The notes beneath the pieces were generated by a model. The model was not told the DNA's origin. It saw only the letters and a list, made by a program, of their open reading frames with translations, and did no database searches. This document shows positions 1-8,528 of a DNA stretch of 64,000 nucleotides, piece by piece. Source of the DNA: an uncultured Acidobacteriota bacterium (lineage in GTDB: Bacteria; Acidobacteriota; Thermoanaerobaculia; UBA5066; Gp7-AA6); NCBI GenBank assembly GCA_963804915.1, contig CAWDSI010000006.1:59214-123213 (forward strand), written 5' to 3'. A program made the translations under genes and the position numbers. The stretch's first letter is position 1. Each line of letters opens with the position of its first letter.

Positions 1-1
1 C

Positions 2-2354
2 CGGCTGACCGCGACCGATTCGGGCGGCCTCGAGAACACAGTCAGTGTGCAGCTCCAGCCGAAGACGGTGAATCTCACGTTCCAGAGCGTCCCGTCGGGC
101 CTGGAACTCTCCGTGGGAACCTTCACCGGAACGACGCCGTTCACGCGCCCGGTGATCCAGGACTCCAACCTGGGCATCGAGGCGCCATCCCCGCAGGGAC
201 TGAACGTTTTCACGTCGTGGTCCGACGGAGGGGCTCAGGAGCACAACATCGTCGCCAACAACGACCAGACGTACACGGCGTCGTTCCTGACGCTGACGCC
301 GACTCCGACCCCGACTCCGACCCCGACTGCGACTCCGACTGTGACTCCGACCCCCGCGCCTGGGACTCCGACGCCGACGGTGACGTTCACGCCGACGCGC
401 ACCCCAACAAACACTCGCACGCCGACCAACACTCGCACGCCGACCAACACCCGCACGCCCACCCGCACGGCCAGCAACACGCGCACGCCGAGCTTCACGC
501 CGACGATCACCTTCACGCCGTCGGCCACCTTCACGCCGTCGTCGACGCGCACGCCGAGCAACACCCGCACGCCGACGCGGACCCGGACTTCGACGCGCAC
601 CCCGACGGCCACGCAAACGGCGACGCTGACGCCGACCCCATTGGAGACGCCGACGCCGACACCGACGCTCACGCCGACTCCCGGAGTCAACACGCCGCCG
701 ACGGTCTCTCTGACCTCGCCGGTGGGCGGCTCGCTCTACACGTCGCCGGCCTCGATCGCCCTGGCCGCGTCCGCGTCCGATTCGGACGGCACGATCAGCC
801 GCGTCGATTTCTATGACGGCGCGACGTTCCTGGGCTCGGCGACGACGCCGCCGTACACACTGTCCTGGACGGACGTTCCGGAGGGCGCACACAGCCTGAC
901 CGCCGTGGCCGTCGACAATCAGCTCGGCTCGACGACGTCCACGACGATCCCCGTGAGCGCCCAGGCGTTCGCCGGCTGGTCGCACCAGGACATCGGCGCC
1001 GTCGGCGCGGCCGGCGACGCGAGCTACGCGGCCGGGACCTTTACGGTTCTGGCCTCCGGGGTGGACATCGCCGCCGCAGCCGACGAGTTCCACTTCGTGT
1101 ACCTGCCGGTGACGGGCAACGCCACGATCGTGGCGCGCGTCGCGAGCCAGGGCACCAACTCACTGGCCAAAGCCGGGGTCATGTTCCGGGAGAGCCTCGA
1201 TGCGAATTCCCGCTCACGCTTCGATGGTTCTGACCCGCGGTCTCGGGGTGATGCTCCAGAGACGGATGGCCGCCGGAGCGATCCCCGTGTACACGCAGGG
1301 TCCCGTGGTCGCTGCGCCCTACTGGATCAAGCTCGTGCGCTCGGGATCGACGTTCACCGGCTACGCCTCGCCCGACGGCGCCGCCTGGACGTTCGTCGGA
1401 TCCGCGACGTTCACGATGCCGTCCTCGCTCTTCGTCGGCCTGGCATTGACCAGTCGCAAGGACGGCACCCTCAATACTTCGACTTTCGACGGCGCCTTCG
1501 TTCTGACGGACTCCGCGAACGCATCGCCGATGCTGACCGTGTCCTCGCCCGGGCCCGGCGCCGTGTACCCCTCGCCGGGGGCGGTCTCGCTCGCCGCCTC
1601 CGCCACGGATGCCGACGGAACGGTCAGCCGCGTCGACTTCTATCAGAACGGCGCCCTGATCGGCTCGGACGCGACCTCGCCCTACGGCGTCGACGTCTCG
1701 GGGCTGGCGGATGGACCCTATGTCTTCACGGCGGTCGCCACCGACAACCTCAACGCGACCGCGATCAGTCCGCCGATCGGGGTGACGGTCTCGGCCTCCG
1801 CACCGCCGCCGCCGTGGCTCGACGCCGACATCGGCCCCGTCGGCGCGCTCGGCAGCGCGTCGTTTGCAAGCCCGACGTTTACGCTCCGCGGGTCGGGCTC
1901 GGGCATCGCCGGCGCAGCCGACGAGTTTCACTACACGTATCAGCCCTTCTCGGGCAACGCGACGATCGTCGCGCGCGTCGCGGGAATCCAGAACACCAAC
2001 GCCGCGGCGCGGGCGGGGATCATGATCCGCGAGAGCCTCGCGGCCAATTCCCGCCACGTGTCCGTGCTGCTGACGCCGCAGAACGGGCTGGCATTCCACC
2101 GCCGCACGGCGACCGGGGCCGTCCCGAGCGTGACGGCGGGTCCGGTCGTACCGGCACCCTACTGGCTCAAACTCGTGCGGACCGGCTCGACGTTCGCCGC
2201 CTCCGCGTCGCCGGACGGCGTCACGTGGACACCGATCGGGTCGGCGACCGTGTCGTTGCCGTCCAACACGTTGATCGGCCTCGCAGTCACCAGCCGCGTC
2301 AACGGCACGGTAAACACTTCCACGTTCGACGGGGTCGCCGTCACCACGCCGTAA
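2..2354 (+). CDS. Secreted multidomain surface protein, 5'-truncated by the window edge. It has an InlB-B-repeat-like domain, a roughly 130-aa Thr/Pro-rich linker, and two tandem units each made of an Ig-like domain plus a ~190-aa beta-jellyroll (ConA/LamG-like) domain. A 1-nt frameshift sits near 1210.
   Basis: The frame is open from window position 2. Translation gives ...FTSWSDGG...TYTASF, then (TP)n/TRTPTN repeats, then two copies of TVSLTSP...RVDFY...SLTAVA.DN (Ig-like) followed by DIG.VGA.G.AS...[16 protein letters not shown]......A.AG.M.RESL.ANSRH. The second copy reads straight through in frame 1200..2354. In the first copy, deleting one t in cgctcacgc (~1210) restores NSRHASMVLT, which matches the second copy. 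Confidence 0.7.
289..700 (+). repeat. In-frame tandem nucleotide repeats (cgcacgccgaccaacact-type and acgccgact-type units) that encode the Thr/Pro/Arg-rich linker.
   Basis: Repeated TPTPTP and TRTPTN(x3) / TRTPS / TFTPS peptide units. The antisense ORF 235..693 is a GC artefact of the repeat. Confidence 0.8.
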
Positions 2355-2411
2355 CGCGGTGGGTGCGCGGGATCACCCCCCGCGCCGGCACGGACACGCC
2401 AGAATCTCCGG

Positions 2412-4665
2412 ATGAAGCGGTTCCTCTCGTTCGCTGGCCGCCGCCGGACTGCTCGTCGGCGGTCGCGGGCGCGACGGCGCCCTCGCCTTTGTTCGCCCAG
2501 CCCTGCGAGCGCTGGGTCGCCCCGCGCTCCGGCGGGCGACGACACGCATCCCGGCACGCTCGCCGCGCCCTGGGCCACGCTCGACCACGCCTCCGCGAGC
2601 GTGCCCGACGACACGTGCACCGTGTACTTCCAGGACGGCGTGTACACGGGAACGCACAGCCTCTACGAGCGCTTCGAAACGCCGACGACGTTCCAGGCCG
2701 CGAACCGCTACCGCGCCGTGCTCCAGTACGCCGGCACGGCCGTCAAGCTCTTCGGAGCGAAGAACGTGATCCTGCAGGGCTTCGAGCTCCGCCACACGGG
2801 ACCGGGCGCGGGCGGCCTCGTCATGCAGGTCCAGCAGGGCGACGGGTTCTGGGCCGAGAACATCACGATCCGCGACAACGTCTTCCACGACTCCTGGAAC
2901 AACGATCTCCTCAAGATCAACAACGGGGCCCGGTTCGTGGTGGTCGAGAACAACGTCTTCTACAACCAGTCCGGCTCCGACGAGCACATCGACATCAACA
3001 GCGTCACCGACGTCCTCGTCCAGGACAACGTCTTCTTCAACGACTTCGCCGGCAGCGGCCGTGTCAACGGCAACGACACGAGCTCCTTCATCGTCATGAA
3101 GGACTCGAACGCCGGCGACGACGGGCAGATCGGCGACGAGCGGATCACCGTGCGCCGAAACGTCTTCCTGAACTGGGAAGGCTCGAGCGGCTCCAACTTC
3201 GCCCTCGTCGGCGAGGACGGCATGGCCTACTTCGAGGGCCGCTCCATCCTCGTCGAGAACAACCTGATGCTCGGCAACTCCGGCAACGACATGCGCGCCG
3301 CGTTCGGCGTCAAGGGCGGCAAGGACATCGCCTTCCGCTCGAATACGGTCGTCGGCAACCTTCCCTCGCTGGCCTTCGCCTGCCGCGTCAACCGCGAGGG
3401 CTCCAATCCCGTGAACGAGAACGTGTCGTTCCGCGGCAACATCTGGAGCGACCCGACGGGCACGATGGGCGCCGAAGCGGCGGGAGGGACGAACGAGTTC
3501 TCCGACGGCGCGCCGGCCGAGGCGACCGGCCTGGTCCTCGACCGCAACCTCTACTGGAACGGAGGCGCCGCGATCCCGCCGGGCGATCTCGTCAGCCCGC
3601 TCGTGGACGACGCGCATGCCGTCGTCGCGGACCCGCTGCTTCCGGGTCAGGCGGCGATCGTCCTGCCGCGCTGGAACGGCACGGCGTTCGAGAGCGGCAA
3701 CGGGACCATCCGGGAGGAGTTCGAACGGCTCGTCGCGCTTTACGGCGCGATCAGTGGAGGCAGCCCGGCGATTGGCCAGGCGGACCCGGCGCACGCGCCG
3801 GAGGACGACGTCCTCGGGCGGCGGCGCGACGCCTCGCCGGACCTCGGCGCATTCGAGGCCGGCGCTTCTTCGGCGCTCGCGATCGCGCCGACGTCCGGGC
3901 CTTCGGCCGGCGGCACCGGAGTCGCGATCACGGGCGCGGGTTTTCAGAGCGGCGCCTCCGTCGAGATCGGCGCCGCGGCGGCGACAGGGGCCTCCGTCTC
4001 GACCGCGTCTTTTCTGACGGCCTCGACGCCCGCCCTGCTCCCGGGCACTCTGAACGACGTCGTCGTCACGAACCCCGACACGAGCTCGACGACCCTGACG
4101 AACGGATGGTTCTCGGATTTCCTCGACGTGCCCCAGCCGGACCCGTTCCATCCGTTCATCGAGACGCTCTTCCGCGCCGGCATCACGGCCGGCTGCCACG
4201 GCGGCAGCTTCTGCCGCGACCTCGCGATCCCGCGCAAGCAGATGGCGGTGCTCCTGCTGCGGAGCAAGCTCGGCGCCGGCCACCTCCCGCCGCCGGCCAC
4301 CGGCGCGGTGTTCCTCGACGTGCCGGCGAGCCATCCGTACGCGGCCTGGATCGAGGAGCTCGCCGGCCTCGAGATCACAGGAGGCTGCGGCAACGGAAAC
4401 TACTGCCCGGAAAGCCCCGTGACCCGCCGCCAGATGGCCGCCTTCCTGCTCAAGACCAAGTACGACAGCAGCTACGTGCCGCCGCCGGCGGCGGGGATCT
4501 TCGGGGACGTGCCGGCGGGAGATTCGTTCGCGCCCTGGGTGGAGAAGCTCTACGCCGAAGGCGTCACCGGCGGATGCCAGGCCTCGCCGCTGCTCTACTG
4601 CCCGTTCAATCGCCAATACCCGCGGGCAGATGGCCGTGTTCCTGGTCAAGGCCTTCGGGTTCTAG
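2412..4665 (+). CDS. Secreted right-handed parallel beta-helix (pectate-lyase-like) protein with an IPT/TIG domain and three C-terminal SLH repeats. A 1-nt insertion sits near 4625, and a second frameshift in the signal-peptide region is possible.
   Basis: Motifs [39 protein letters not shown], repeated N-V-F/NN asparagine-ladder turns; the IPT block [14 protein letters not shown]...LNDVVVTNP; three repeats of FxDVP...WIE.L...GITGGCG...YCP...TR.QMA.FLLK. The terminal ...YCPFNR then reads out of frame. Removing one base restores [16 protein letters not shown] with TAG at 4663-4665, as in the paralogs. Confidence 0.75.
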
Positions 4666-4822
4666 CCGTCATCCTGAGCGAAGCGAGCCGGCCACCAGAG
4701 GCAGCCCACGGCAGTAGGCAACGCCGACCGGAGGTCGGCGGTAACGATCCCAGACTCGACTCGCTGCTCGGCTCGTAAGCCTGCCGATTTCGGGATCCCT
4801 CGCTATCGCTCGGGATGACGGC
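4662..4822. repeat. MITE/REP-like intergenic element, copy A (~160 bp). It has ~20-bp terminal inverted repeats, GCCGTCATCCTGAGCGAAGC ... GCTATCGCTCGGGATGACGGC.
   Basis: The left arm and the reverse complement of the right arm match except for one indel and one mismatch. The same left arm and a related right arm recur at 47127..47224. An internal block GGCAGcCCaCGGCAGTAGGCAACGC recurs at 29921..29949. The element starts with CTAG, which supplies the TAG stop of the upstream gene. Confidence 0.5.
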
Positions 4823-4830
4823 CAAAGGGC

Positions 4831-4880
4831 TTGACACGGACTGTCCGCCGGCATAATAGTTAACCATATGGTTAACTATT
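4831..4880 (+). promoter_or_regulatory. Sigma70-like promoter (TTGACA at 4831-4836, spacer of 15-17 nt, CATAAT/TAATAG at 4852-4859) followed by a perfect 26-bp palindrome, AATAGTTAACCATATGGTTAACTATT (4855..4880), centred on the ATG of the ArsR-family gene.
   Basis: This is an AT-rich island in 70% GC DNA. The palindrome is perfect over 26 bp and overlaps both the -10 element and the start codon. That layout is the classic autoregulatory operator geometry for ArsR/SmtB repressors. Confidence 0.55.
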
Positions 4881-5716
4881 CGGGTGGCGCCGCGCTCGAC
4901 GCGACGTTCCAGGCGCTGGCCGACCCGACGCGGCGGGCGATCCTCGCGAAGCTCGCCTCGGCGCCCGACACTCCCGTCGGCGAGCTCGCGCAGCCATTTC
5001 GCATGTCGCTGCCGGCCGTCTCGAAGCACCTGCGCGTCCTCGAGAGCGCCGGCCTGCTCGCCCGCCGCCGCGAGGGCCGCGTGCACCACTGTCGCTTCGT
5101 ACCCGGGCCCATGCGCACCGCCGCCGACTGGATCGCCCACTACCAGGCGTTCTGGGAGGACCGGCTCGACTCCCTGAAACGTTTTCTCGAACAACCCCAG
5201 AAGGAGGAGAAACCATGGCCGAATCTCGACAGCAAACCGCCGCCGCCGCCCCCGCGCGCCGAGCAAGCCGTCCGCGTCACGCGCACGATCCGGGCGTCGC
5301 GCCACCGGGTCTACCGGGCGTGGACGGACCCGGAGCTCCTGATGCGCTGGTTCGTCGAGCCGGACGGCGACATGCGCGTGGTCGAGATGGATCTGCGCGC
5401 CGGCGGCCGCTATCGGCTCGAGGGCAAGATCGGCGACAAGCCCTGGGCGGTCTGGGGCACCTACCGCGAGGTCACCCCTCCTTCGAAGCTCGTCTTCACG
5501 TGGAGCTGGGAGAACGACCCGGCGCTGGGCGAACCCCTCGCCAGCGGCACCGTGGTCCAGGTCGAGTTCCACGAGCGCGGGTCGGAGACCGAGGTCGTCG
5601 TCACGCACGAAGGCTTCGCGACGGAGAAGGCGCGCGCCGAGCACAACGCGGGCTGGATCGGCTGCATGGATCGGCTCGCCGCCATCGCGGAGAAATCCGA
5701 GAAGGAGGGACGATGA
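4868..5716 (+). CDS. ArsR/SmtB-family HTH transcriptional regulator fused through a Pro-rich linker to an AHSA1/SRPBCC (activator of Hsp90 ATPase-like) domain.
   Basis: The N-terminal half, FQALADPTRRAILAKLA...VGELAQPFRMSLPAVSKHLRVLESAGLL, is ArsR-type HTH. After a PPPPPP linker comes RVYRAWTDPELLMRWF...KLVFTWSWE, which is an AHSA1 domain. It is one continuous 282-aa ORF. The TGA stop overlaps the next start (ATGATGA). Confidence 0.8.
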   Translation: MVNYSGGAALDATFQALADPTRRAILAKLASAPDTPVGELAQPFRMSLPAVSKHLRVLESAGLLARRREGRVHHCRFVPGPMRTAADWIAHYQAFWEDRLDSLKRFLEQPQKEEKPWPNLDSKPPPPPPRAEQAVRVTRTIRASRHRVYRAWTDPELLMRWFVEPDGDMRVVEMDLRAGGRYRLEGKIGDKPWAVWGTYREVTPPSKLVFTWSWENDPALGEPLASGTVVQVEFHERGSETEVVVTHEGFATEKARAEHNAGWIGCMDRLAAIAEKSEKEGR

Positions 5717-6253
5717 TGCGCGCCGCGGAGTCGAAGAGATGGATCGCGGCCCTGGGAATTCTGGCGTCCACCGCGCTCTCGTCGGCTTCCCTGCCGCCGC
5801 CTCCGAATGCCGGCCTGGGACAAGCTGAAAACGCTGGTCGGCGACTGGAAGGGCGCCTACGTCGGCGCCGACCAGGGCGCGGACGGCATGGGCGAGGTCC
5901 GGATCTCCTACCGCCTCGTGTCCAACGGAACGACGCTCATGGAGACCATGGACAGCGGCCACGACACGAGCATGATCACGATGTACCACGTGGACGGAAA
6001 CCGCATCCTGGCCACGCATTACTGCGCGGCCGGCAATCAGCCGAGGATGGCGGCGGCCGGTCTCTCCCCCGACGGGAAGACGCTGACCTTCCGATTCGTC
6101 GACGCCTCCAACGTCGGGCCCGACAGCGAGGTCATGCAGGGGCTCGTCGTGACCTTCGACGGCCCCGACCGATTCGAGCAGGCCTGGACCTCGCGGACGG
6201 GCGCAAAGGGCAAGGACCAGGTCGGCACGTTCACTTACTCGCGGGTGCGGTGA
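5713..6253 (+). CDS. Small secreted hypothetical protein, possibly a lipocalin-like beta-barrel. A 1-nt frameshift between the signal peptide and the mature part lies near 5800.
   Basis: GAAGGAGGG RBS then ATGATG. Signal peptide MMRAAESKRWIAALGILASTALSSAS is in frame 1. The mature part WDKLKTLVGDWKGAY...HYCAAGNQPRM...TFTYSRVR is in frame 2 (ORF 5807..6253). Confidence 0.55.
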
Positions 6254-7959
6254 AGTCGGCAGCGCGGTAGACCTCTTTGCCGTCGAGCAGCGTGAGCAGG
6301 ACCTTCGCGTCGTGAATCTGTGCGGGCGGAATCTCGAAGAGGTTGCGGTCGAGAACGATGAGGTCGGCGGCCTTGCCGACCTCGATCGAGCCCGTGTCCT
6401 TCTCCGAGAAGTCGAGATACGCGGCGCGGATCGTGTAACCGGCGATGGCATCGGGCAGCGAGATTTTCTCCTCCGGGATCCACGCCGGCCGCGTCATTCC
6501 CGGCTCGCAGCGCGTCACGGCGACTTCGATCCCGTCGAGGGGGTTGAGCGACGACACGCTCCAGTCGCTTCCGAAGGCGTACTCCCCGCCCGAGGCGATG
6601 ACGCTCTCGATCGGGTACAGCCAGCGGGAGCGCTCGGGCCCGAGCTTGGGCTCCGTCAGCTCCGTGATCCACCGGTCGCCGTTGGCCCACAGCGGCTGGA
6701 AGTTCGCGATGACCCCGAGCTTGCGGAAGCGAGGGATGTCGGCCGGGTCGAAGAGCTCGATGTGCGCGATGTGGTGCCGGGAGTCGCGCGGCCCGTTCGC
6801 GCGGCGCGCCGCTTCGAACGCGTCGAACGTATCCCGGATCGCGCGGTCGCCGATCGCGTGGACGTGGATCTGGAAACCCTCCTTGTCGAGAGCCGTGGCG
6901 AGCGCCTGGAACGCCGCGGGTGTCAGGTTGGGCTTCCCGCGGTCGTTCGGGAATCCGACGTAAGGCTCGAGCACCGAGGCCGTGCGCGTCTCGAGAACGC
7001 CGTCGGCGAAGATCTTCACGGCGTTCGTCCGCACGCGGCCTTTCGCGTACTTCTTTCGAAGCGCCACGAGCCGCGGAACCTCGGAGGTCCCCTTGTCCGT
7101 GTTCACGTACAACGACGCGAGCACCCGGGCCGTCAGCTTTCCCTGTGCGTCGAGGGCGGCATACGACTCGAGGTCCTCCTCGGAGGCGCTCGCCTCGACC
7201 AGGGACGTCAGCCCGAAGCTGTTCGCCTTCCGCAGGGCTTCCGCCAGGCCGTCGACGTGCTCCTTCGCGCTTCGCTTCGGAAGAGATTTCGCCACGAGGT
7301 CGGCGGCGTCTTCGCGCAGCGTTCCGCTCGGCTGCCCGGTCTTCGGATCGCGTTCGATGCGCCCGTACGGCGGATCGGGGGTCGCCTTCGTCACGCCGGC
7401 GAGGGCGAGAGCCTTCGAGTTCACCCACACCGAGTGCCCGTCGGACGCCGAGAGGTAGACCGGCCGGTCGGACACGATCGTGTCGAGCAGCGCCTTCGAG
7501 GGGTTGCCGTCGGGAAAGAGCGTGAGCTCCCAGCCGCCGCCTCGGATCCACTTCGCCTGCGGGTGCTCCGCCGCGTACGACTTCACTTTCGCGAGGATCG
7601 CCTCCTGCGTCTTGAGGCCGTTCAGGTCGCACTCGAGCGCCTCGACGCCGCCGGAGACAGGATGCACGTGGGAATCGTGGAACGCCGGCAGGACCATCTT
7701 TCCCGCGAGGTCCACGACCTTCGTCGAGGACGCGATCCAGGGAGATGCCGAGGCGTTCGCGCCGACGAACACGATGCGGCCCTTCGAGACCGCGACCGCC
7801 TCCGCCCAGCTGCGTGCTCCGTCCACCGTGTAGACCGCGGCGTTGCGCAAGACGAGATCCGCCGGGACGGAAGAAGGCGCCGGCGGCGGCGCGGCGCCGA
7901 GACCGAGCGCCAGGAGCCCGAGGACGGAGACCGAGGATACCGATCCGGCGTTTCGTCAC
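6231..7959 (-). CDS. Secreted metal-dependent amidohydrolase (Amidohydro_3 family). A frameshift lies within the signal peptide near 7935.
   Basis: The 539-aa ORF contains LPAFHDSHVHPVSGG, HVHAIGDRAIRD, HHIAHIELF, FGSDWSV. A GTG start at 7959 gives MTKRRIG, then a -1 shift gives SVSVLGLLALGLGAAPPPAPSSVPADLVLRNAAVYTVD. Confidence 0.8.
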
Positions 7960-7960
7960 G

Positions 7961-8446
7961 TCACTTCTCCTTGCGAATGCGCGCCACGACCTCGTCCGTC
8001 AGCGCGTTCGGGATCGGGATCGAGAGGTTGTACTGGGCGATCTTCCAGTTTTCGCCGACGCGCAGGAGGACGCCCGACCCCCGGCAGGGGCCCATGTTCG
8101 GCGTGTCGAGGACCTCGTCGAACCACGCGACGGTCCGATCCGGCGCGAAGGAGATCCAGCGCGAGACGGTCCGGAAGCTCCAGGCCTTGCCCTTCGCGAA
8201 ATGGGGATGGGCCCATTTCCGAAACTCGTCACGGGTCCACCGTTCGGTGCCGTCGGTGCCCAGGAAGACGGCATCCGGCGTGAAATAGGAGAAGTACTTC
8301 TCTTCATCGGCCGCCGCCGCGGCCTCGTGCCACCCGTCGAGCACGGCGCCGACGGCTCCGGTCGCGAAAACGCCGTCCACGGATTGGGCGCCGAGGACCG
8401 CGCCCAGGATCCAGGCCGCGACTCCGAGCCACACACATCGCTTCAT
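7961..8446 (-). CDS. Secreted NTF2-like (SnoaL/DUF4440-like) protein.
   Basis: Internal ATG at 8446 of ORF 7961..8671 gives MKRCVWLGVAAWILGAVLGAQS (signal peptide) followed by a ~140-aa NTF2-fold-like sequence. The Arg-rich stretch upstream is a GC artefact. Confidence 0.6.
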   Translation of the reverse strand: MKRCVWLGVAAWILGAVLGAQSVDGVFATGAVGAVLDGWHEAAAAADEEKYFSYFTPDAVFLGTDGTERWTRDEFRKWAHPHFAKGKAWSFRTVSRWISFAPDRTVAWFDEVLDTPNMGPCRGSGVLLRVGENWKIAQYNLSIPIPNALTDEVVARIRKEK

Positions 8447-8528
8447 GGGAATCACCTCGAGCGCCGGGATCATACCGATCTTCTGAGGGGCGATCTTCGA
8501 GGCCCGTCGGGCGCGCGGCGAGACGCCG

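Noticed and set aside
235-693. 152-aa minus-strand ORF made of VGV/RV repeats
   Set aside because: This is the antisense reading of the Thr/Pro linker DNA repeats. It is low complexity with no start context.
47-4717. 1556-aa ORF in the supplied track
   Set aside because: It is a chimera. The first ~390 codons are the real gene 1. After the 1-nt frameshift near 1210 it continues in a wrong, Arg/Gly/Pro-rich frame across gene 1's second half and all of gene 2. The real proteins are in frames 1200..2354 and 2412..4665.
4646-6451. 601-aa minus ORF spanning the ArsR operon
   Set aside because: It is Arg/Pro-rich, overlaps two well-supported plus-strand genes, and crosses the AT-rich promoter. 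It is a GC-skew artefact.
6235-8288. Long alternative-frame ORFs (6235..7959 minus, 6312..8288 plus, 6920..7525 plus)
   Set aside because: They are Arg-rich (RRRR runs). The amidohydrolase frame 6231..7850 has all catalytic motifs.
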